Source: Naegleria gruberi
Lineage: Eukaryota
Assembly: GCA_000004985.1 (NCBI GenBank)
Contig: GG739013.1
DNA length: 37,377 bases
Reading direction: 5' to 3' (one strand)
In this document: positions 31,294 through 37,377 of the stretch, in pieces
Layout: every line of letters starts with the position of its first letter
Numbering within the stretch: position 1 is the stretch's first letter
The notes under the pieces: generated by a model
The model's database searches: none
The model's input: only the letters and a program-made list of their open reading frames with translations
Told to the model about the DNA's origin: nothing
Made by a program: the position numbers and the translations under genes

Positions 31294-34200
31294 NNNNNNN
31301 NNNNNNNNNNNNNNNNNNNNNNNNNNNNNNNNNNNNNNNNNNNNNNNNNNNNNNNNNNNNNNNNNNNNNNNNNNNNNNNNNNNNNNNNNNNNNNNNNNNN
31401 NNNNNNNNNNNNNNNNNNNNNNNNNNNNNNNNNNNNNNNNNNNNNNNNNNNNNNNNNNNNNNNNNNNNNNNNNNNNNNNNNNNNNNNNNNNNNNNNNNNN
31501 NNNNNNNNNNNNNNNNNNNNNNNNNNNNNNNNNNNNNNNNNNNNNNNNNNNNNNNNNNNNNNNNNNNNNNNNNNNNNNNNNNNNNNNNNNNNNNNNNNNN
31601 NNNNNNNNNNNNNNNNNNNNNNNNNNNNNNNNNNNNNNNNNNNNNNNNNNNNNNNNNNNNNNNNNNNNNNNNNNNNNNNNNNNNNNNNNNNNNNNNNNNN
31701 NNNNNNNNNNNNNNNNNNNNNNNNNNNNNNNNNNNNNNNNNNNNNNNNNNNNNNNNNNNNNNNNNNNNNNNNNNNNNNNNNNNNNNNNNNNNNNNNNNNN
31801 NNNNNNNNNNNNNNNNNNNNNNNNNNNNNNNNNNNNNNNNNNNNNNNNNNNNNNNNNNNNNNNNNNNNNNNNNNNNNNNNNNNNNNNNNNNNNNNNNNNN
31901 NNNNNNNNNNNNNNNNNNNNNNNNNNNNNNNNNNNNNNNNNNNNNNNNNNNNNNNNNNNNNNNNNNNNNNNNNNNNNNNNNNNNNNNNNNNNNNNNNNNN
32001 NNNNNNNNNNNNNNNNNNNNNNNNNNNNNNNNNNNNNNNNNNNNNNNNNNNNNNNNNNNNNNNNNNNNNNNNNNNNNNNNNNNNNNNNNNNNNNNNNNNN
32101 NNNNNNNNNNNNNNNNNNNNNNNNNNNNNNNNNNNNNNNNNNNNNNNNNNNNNNNNNNNNNNNNNNNNNNNNNNNNNNNNNNNNNNNNNNNNNNNNNNNN
32201 NNNNNNNNNNNNNNNNNNNNNNNNNNNNNNNNNNNNNNNNNNNNNNNNNNNNNNNNNNNNNNNNNNNNNNNNNNNNNNNNNNNNNNNNNNNNNNNNNNNN
32301 NNNNNNNNNNNNNNNNNNNNNNNNNNNNNNNNNNNNNNNNNNNNNNNNNNNNNNNNNNNNNNNNNNNNNNNNNNNNNNNNNNNNNNNNNNNNNNNNNNNN
32401 NNNNNNNNNNNNNNNNNNNNNNNNNNNNNNNNNNNNNNNNNNNNNNNNNNNNNNNNNNNNNNNNNNNNNNNNNNNNNNNNNNNNNNNNNNNNNNNNNNNN
32501 NNNNNNNNNNNNNNNNNNNNNNNNNNNNNNNNNNNNNNNNNNNNNNNNNNNNNNNNNNNNNNNNNNNNNNNNNNNNNNNNNNNNNNNNNNNNNNNNNNNN
32601 NNNNNNNNNNNNNNNNNNNNNNNNNNNNNNNNNNNNNNNNNNNNNNNNNNNNNNNNNNNNNNNNNNNNNNNNNNNNNNNNNNNNNNNNNNNNNNNNNNNN
32701 NNNNNNNNNNNNNNNNNNNNNNNNNNNNNNNNNNNNNNNNNNNNNNNNNNNNNNNNNNNNNNNNNNNNNNNNNNNNNNNNNNNNNNNNNNNNNNNNNNNN
32801 NNNNNNNNNNNNNNNNNNNNNNNNNNNNNNNNNNNNNNNNNNNNNNNNNNNNNNNNNNNNNNNNNNNNNNNNNNNNNNNNNNNNNNNNNNNNNNNNNNNN
32901 NNNNNNNNNNNNNNNNNNNNNNNNNNNNNNNNNNNNNNNNNNNNNNNNNNNNNNNNNNNNNNNNNNNNNNNNNNNNNNNNNNNNNNNNNNNNNNNNNNNN
33001 NNNNNNNNNNNNNNNNNNNNNNNNNNNNNNNNNNNNNNNNNNNNNNNNNNNNNNNNNNNNNNNNNNNNNNNNNNNNNNNNNNNNNNNNNNNNNNNNNNNN
33101 NNNNNNNNNNNNNNNNNNNNNNNNNNNNNNNNNNNNNNNNNNNNNNNNNNNNNNNNNNNNNNNNNNNNNNNNNNNNNNNNNNNNNNNNNNNNNNNNNNNN
33201 NNNNNNNNNNNNNNNNNNNNNNNNNNNNNNNNNNNNNNNNNNNNNNNNNNNNNNNNNNNNNNNNNNNNNNNNNNNNNNNNNNNNNNNNNNNNNNNNNNNN
33301 NNNNNNNNNNNNNNNNNNNNNNNNNNNNNNNNNNNNNNNNNNNNNNNNNNNNNNNNNNNNNNNNNNNNNNNNNNNNNNNNNNNNNNNNNNNNNNNNNNNN
33401 NNNNNNNNNNNNNNNNNNNNNNNNNNNNNNNNNNNNNNNNNNNNNNNNNNNNNNNNNNNNNNNNNNNNNNNNNNNNNNNNNNNNNNNNNNNNNNNNNNNN
33501 NNNNNNNNNNNNNNNNNNNNNNNNNNNNNNNNNNNNNNNNNNNNNNNNNNNNNNNNNNNNNNNNNNNNNNNNNNNNNNNNNNNNNNNNNNNNNNNNNNNN
33601 NNNNNNNNNNNNNNNNNNNNNNNNNNNNNNNNNNNNNNNNNNNNNNNNNNNNNNNNNNNNNNNNNNNNNNNNNNNNNNNNNNNNNNNNNNNNNNNNNNNN
33701 NNNNNNNNNNNNNNNNNNNNNNNNNNNNNNNNNNNNNNNNNNNNNNNNNNNNNNNNNNNNNNNNNNNNNNNNNNNNNNNNNNNNNNNNNNNNNNNNNNNN
33801 NNNNNNNNNNNNNNNNNNNNNNNNNNNNNNNNNNNNNNNNNNNNNNNNNNNNNNNNNNNNNNNNNNNNNNNNNNNNNNNNNNNNNNNNNNNNNNNNNNNN
33901 NNNNNNNNNNNNNNNNNNNNNNNNNNNNNNNNNNNNNNNNNNNNNNNNNNNNNNNNNNNNNNNNNNNNNNNNNNNNNNNNNNNNNNNNNNNNNNNNNNNN
34001 NNNNNNNNNNNNNNNNNNNNNNNNNNNNNNNNNNNNNNNNNNNNNNNNNNNNNNNNNNNNNNNNNNNNNNNNNNNNNNNNNNNNNNNNNNNNNNNNNNNN
34101 NNNNNNNNNNNNNNNNNNNNNNNNNNNNNNNNNNNNNNNNNNNNNNNNNNNNNNNNNNNNNNNNNNNNNNNNNNNNNNNNNNNNNNNNNNNNNNNNNNNN

Positions 34201-35320
34201 NNNNNNNNNNNNNNNNNNNNNNNNNNNNNNNNNNNNNNNNNNNNNNNNNNNNNNNNNNNNNNNNNNNNNNNNNNNNNNNNNNNNNNNNNNNNNNNNNNNN
34301 NNNNNNNNNNNNNNNNNNNNNNNNNNNNNNNNNNNNNNNNNNNNNNNNNNNNNNNNNNNNNNNNNNNNNNNNNNNNNNNNNNNNNNNNNNNNNNNNNNNN
34401 NNNNNNNNNNNNNNNNNNNNNNNNNNNNNNNNNNNNNNNNNNNNNNNNNNNNNNNNNNNNNNNNNNNNNNNNNNNNNNNNNNNNNNNNNNNNNNNNNNNN
34501 NNNNNNNNNNNNNNNNNNNNNNNNNNNNNNNNNNNNNNNNNNNNNNNNNNNNNNNNNNNNNNNNNNNNNNNNNNNNNNNNNNNNNNNNNNNNNNNNNNNN
34601 NNNNNNNNNNNNNNNNNNNNNNNNNNNNNNNNNNNNNNNNNNNNNNNNNNNNNNNNNNNNNNNNNNNNNNNNNNNNNNNNNNNNNNNNNNNNNNNNNNNN
34701 NNNNNNNNNNNNNNNNNNNNNNNNNNNNNNNNNNNNNNNNNNNNNNNNNNNNNNNNNNNNNNNNNNNNNNNNNNNNNNNNNNNNNNNNNNNNNNNNNNNN
34801 NNNNNNNNNNNNNNNNNNNNNNNNNNNNNNNNNNNNNNNNNNNNNNNNNNNNNNNNNNNNNNNNNNNNNNNNNNNNNNNNNNNNNNNNNNNNNNNNNNNN
34901 NNNNNNNNNNNNNNNNNNNNNNNNNNNNNNNNNNNNNNNNNNNNNNNNNNNNNNNNNNNNNNNNNNNNNNNNNNNNNNNNNNNNNNNNNNNNNNNNNNNN
35001 NNNNNNNNNNNNNNNNNNNNNNNNNNNNNNNNNNNNNNNNNNNNNNNNNNNNNNNNNNNNNNNNNNNNNNNNNNNNNNNNNNNNNNNNNNNNNNNNNNNN
35101 NNNNNNNNNNNNNNNNNNNNNNNNNNNNNNNNNNNNNNNNNNNNNNNNNNNNNNNNNNNNNNNNNNNNNNNNNNNNNNNNNNNNNNNNNNNNNNNNNNNN
35201 NNNNNNNNNNNNNNNNNNNNNNNNNNNNNNNNNNNNNNNNNNNNNNNNNNNNNNNNNNNNNNNNNNNNNNNNNNNNNNNNNNNNNNNNNNNNNNNNNNNN
35301 NNNNNNNNNNNNNNNNNNNN
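31294..35320. other. assembly gap (4,027 N)
   Basis: Uninterrupted N run. The ORFs spanning it are artefacts. Confidence 1.
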
Positions 35321-35933
35321 TCTCAAATTCCAAAGTGACGGATTTCTTTGCAGAATCAATTTTGGTAATTCTGGCAGATGTGTTTTGGAAACAAGGAGCA
35401 TAGGACCAACTAATTGGCTTGCCATCAATTTTAGCATTTCCAATAAATGATGGAACCCAATTTCTTCTATGATCTGGAGGCATTGGATCTGAGCTACTTT
35501 TTCCAAATTGTGTCTTGATTGACTTGTTATTTTCTTTTGACAATTGCCACAATGCCTTCCAACTCATTCTCTTCATAGTTCTAGCAATTGATCTCGTTCT
35601 CACAAAATCACCCTTCCTTTCCACAAGCATGGTCTCCGTCTTGTGATAGAGTGATTCACTCTCAGTATAATATCCATTACTTGGTGATGCATAAATATTT
35701 CCTCTCTCGTGATGTTCTTTATGATGATGAATATTATTGTTACTATTCAATAATTGTTGGGTAAACTTATTAAAAGTTTCCTTGTTAGAAGTTACATAGG
35801 TGAGTGAAGCCTCTTCATGATGATGATCAAACATCGGAATGGTTAATTTTGCATTTACAATTACAATTGATAGAATCAATAGTACAATATTTATCCAATT
35901 ATAAATAATAAAATTCTTCCCCCGCAACATCAT
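35321..35933 (-). CDS. 5' part of a gene encoding a signal-anchor (type II membrane or secreted) protein; 3' part lost in the gap
   Basis: The first real ATG pair is revcomp 35931-35933 / 35928-35930 after an A-rich leader; the track's M at 36068 is TTG. MMLRGKN + FIIYNWINIVLLILSIVIV (19-aa hydrophobic segment) + NAKLTIPMFDHHHEE... then His-rich and K/S-rich hydrophilic sequence with no intron. The ORF is still open at the gap edge. The topology is typical of Golgi glycosyltransferases, but no catalytic motif was recognised. Confidence 0.55.
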
Positions 35934-36186
35934 CTCTCTCTTATATTGTATTAAAAAAGTGATGTTGTTGTTTTTTGCTTTGGAGTTTTTAAGATTTTTT
36001 TTAAAATTAGAATTGATTTGGATTCTTGAAGTTGTTTTACAAAATGGTTGTTGTAAAGTAGAGTCCAATTTAGCTGTTTGTATACAATGTGATATTTCAT
36101 ATATAGAGAATAAGGAATGTATTCAATAAAGATATTTTCCCATCCAGCAAGGAAACGAAAGATCTTGTGCTTGTGATTTAGTGGGG

Positions 36187-36192
36187 TTTATT
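36187..36192 (-). promoter_or_regulatory. polyadenylation signal (AATAAA on minus strand) for the kinase gene
   Basis: Plus-strand TTTATT lies 30 nt downstream of the kinase stop codon. Confidence 0.45.
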
Positions 36193-36221
36193 GCTAGTTC
36201 CGTAATTAATGTTTCCAATAA

Positions 36222-36652
36222 TTATTGAAGCTTTACATTTCTGAGATTTCCAATACTGGCTTGAACTAATTTACAATCTTCTTCAGAAATTGGAGTTAAA
36301 TGGTTTAAATTTGGATATCTTTTGTATTTGTTTGGATTTTCGTAATAATCATCAACTTCCTTATCAATAATTATTTTGGTTTTATCGTCTAAATCATTTG
36401 TTGTTGGTCTCTTTTCAAAGTCCTCTTCTAGCATTAAAGGAAGAACTCTTTTGATTGTTGCATTTTCAATTTCAAGTTCGTTCAAGCATTGAACTACATT
36501 CGAATGATTTTCTAAATTTCTTATTCGTTTTCTAGATAACACTTCCAACATTACTAATCCTAAAGAGTAAATGTCACTTTCTGGAGGTACTCTACCTGTA
36601 TAATTAATTCCTTGATATTCAAATGGAGTTCTTCTTTCACTCGATCTGTATC
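36222..36652 (-). CDS. protein kinase gene, last exon (subdomains VIII-XI plus C-terminal tail)
   Basis: (R)YRSSERRTPFEYQGINYTGRVPPESDIYSLGLVMLEVLSRKRI...EEDFEKRPTTNDL...NVKLQ*. DIYSLG matches the subdomain IX DxWSxG motif and KRPT matches subdomain XI. Stop TAA at plus 36222-36224. Strongly A/T-biased synonymous sites. Confidence 0.8.
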
Positions 36653-36702
36653 CTTTTACAATTATTGAAATTCAATTCATTGACCAGCTGAGAAATATTT
36701 AC
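36653..36702 (-). other. spliceosomal intron (50 nt), GTAAAT...TTGTAAAAG on minus strand
   Basis: The upstream exon frame hits TGA at plus 36677-36679 while the downstream exon is in a different frame. Removing these 50 nt joins ..DGTLLT|R|YRSSERR.. in phase 1. The size matches the 53-nt intron at 9-61. Confidence 0.6.
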
Positions 36703-36874
36703 TTGTCAACAAAGTGCCATCATATTGTAAATAACTTTTCATCTTCTCATCAAAATGGGAAAACTCTGTGGATGTTTCAAAATCAATAAAAAACCAATGA
36801 TTGTCATATTTCACAATATTTTCAGGTTTGATATCATTATGTGTCAAATCAGAAAGCTCTAAAAACCTGAGCAT
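36703..36874 (-). CDS. protein kinase gene, exon with catalytic loop and DFG-equivalent
   Basis: MLRFLELSDLTHNDIKPENIVKYDNHWFFIDFETSTEFSHFDEKMKSYLQYDGTLLT. HNDIKPEN corresponds to the HRDLKPEN catalytic loop (Arg replaced by Asn) and IDFE to DFG (Gly replaced by Glu). The 5' limit is uncertain: the ATG at 36872-36874 is internal to the domain, not the gene start. Confidence 0.6.
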
Positions 36875-36879
36875 GGTTA

Positions 36880-37176
36880 AGTCTGCGCGTCAATTTCTGC
36901 AGCTTTTTGAGGATTTTCTAATAAATCAGCTAGGCACTCTCCTCTTAGACTAATTGAAAAGTTTGCTTTTTGCCATACTGACAAATTTAAAAATTTAAAT
37001 GGTGGATGAGGTTCTTCTCTTTTCACAACGTATCTAATGCCATTAATCGAGCCATATTTAATCTTTGGATTATCTTGTATTGCTATTTCATAATCTTTTG
37101 AAAAGGAAACACGATTGGTTGATACGCTTGTTGGGAAACTAGTTGAGTTTTCTTTTCTTGTTAGGAGAGCTCGTAT
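36880..37176 (-). CDS. protein kinase gene, upstream coding segment (N-lobe to subdomain V), in a different frame from the catalytic-loop exon
   Basis: Open frame from TGA at 37177-37179 to TAA at 36877-36879: ..NRVSFSKDYEIAIQDNPKIKYGSINGIRYVVKREEPHPPFKFLNLSVWQKANFSISLRGECLADLLENPQKAAEIDAQT*. GECLADLL fits the subdomain V GSLxDLL motif. It abuts exon 36703-36874 with a -1 frame offset and no possible GT donor between them, so this is a frameshift rather than an intron. The 5' exon(s) with the Gly loop and VAIK lysine are not identified in 37177-37377. Confidence 0.4.
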
Positions 37177-37377
37177 TCATTTCTTGGGTTTGTTCGGTAG
37201 TGAGATATTTCACAACTTGAGCAACTTGTGGAAAGCATAAATTTGAAATTATGGAAACAAGATCTATACTTTGCTTTAGATTAAATTACTATAAGAACCA
37301 AAATATGTCAAAGTAAAAGCCAGCTTAATGTTTCATCAACAATACAGTGAACGCCAAACTCAATTACATTTCAGCTA

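Noticed and set aside
95-36068. 'M' start codons in the ORF track at 95, 1300, 29499, 31214 and 36068
   Set aside because: These are TTG, an alternative-start setting of the ORF finder. This is a eukaryote, so true ATGs or splice acceptors were used instead.
36876-36902. 27-nt GTTAAGT...TTCTGCAG intron-like segment exactly at the kinase frameshift
   Set aside because: It is on the + strand while the kinase is on the - strand, and on the - strand the junction has no GT at all. It cannot repair the frameshift.
1-37377. CRISPR arrays, rRNA, snRNA (U2/U4/U5/U6 cores), operon-like prokaryotic organisation
   Set aside because: No direct-repeat/spacer periodicity and no rRNA or snRNA signature motifs were found in the 7.3 kb of real sequence. 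Gene structure is clearly eukaryotic.

Overview
This window appears to be from a draft assembly of an AT-rich eukaryote with spliceosomal introns. The evidence is GTAAGT...AG introns of about 50-110 nt, A/T-biased third codon positions, AAAAATG-type start contexts and AATAAA signals next to stop codons. Gene spacing is compact, in a protist or amoebozoan style; that taxon guess is inference.

Only about 7.3 kb of the 37.4 kb is real sequence. N-runs at 1565-1614, 3012-29089 and 31294-35320 are scaffold gaps, so every multi-kb ORF in the supplied track is an artefact of translating N as X. Several M's in the track are alternative TTG starts, not ATG.

Content I can support:
- Partial 3' exon(s) of an RWP-RK-like gene on the + strand (62-324/394), entered through a 53-nt intron.
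- A bacterial-type NlpC/P60 (C40) peptidase gene on the + strand carrying eukaryotic introns, with its terminal exon at 1769-1888.
- Two identical intronless tRNA-Leu(CAA) genes (1996-2076 and 29970-30050) with short conserved flanks.
- A truncated tRNA-Asp(GUC)-like fragment (29222-29279).
- A perfect 31-bp inverted-repeat foldback or MITE-like element (30207-30418).
- A minus-strand terminal coding exon (30432-31241).
- The 5' part of a minus-strand signal-anchor protein gene (35321-35933).
- A multi-exon minus-strand protein kinase gene (36222 to about 37176) with non-canonical HND/DFE motifs and an apparent internal frameshift.

The most interesting item is the intron-containing NlpC/P60 gene, a probable bacterial-to-eukaryote acquisition. 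Whatever lies in the 26-kb gap cannot be assessed.
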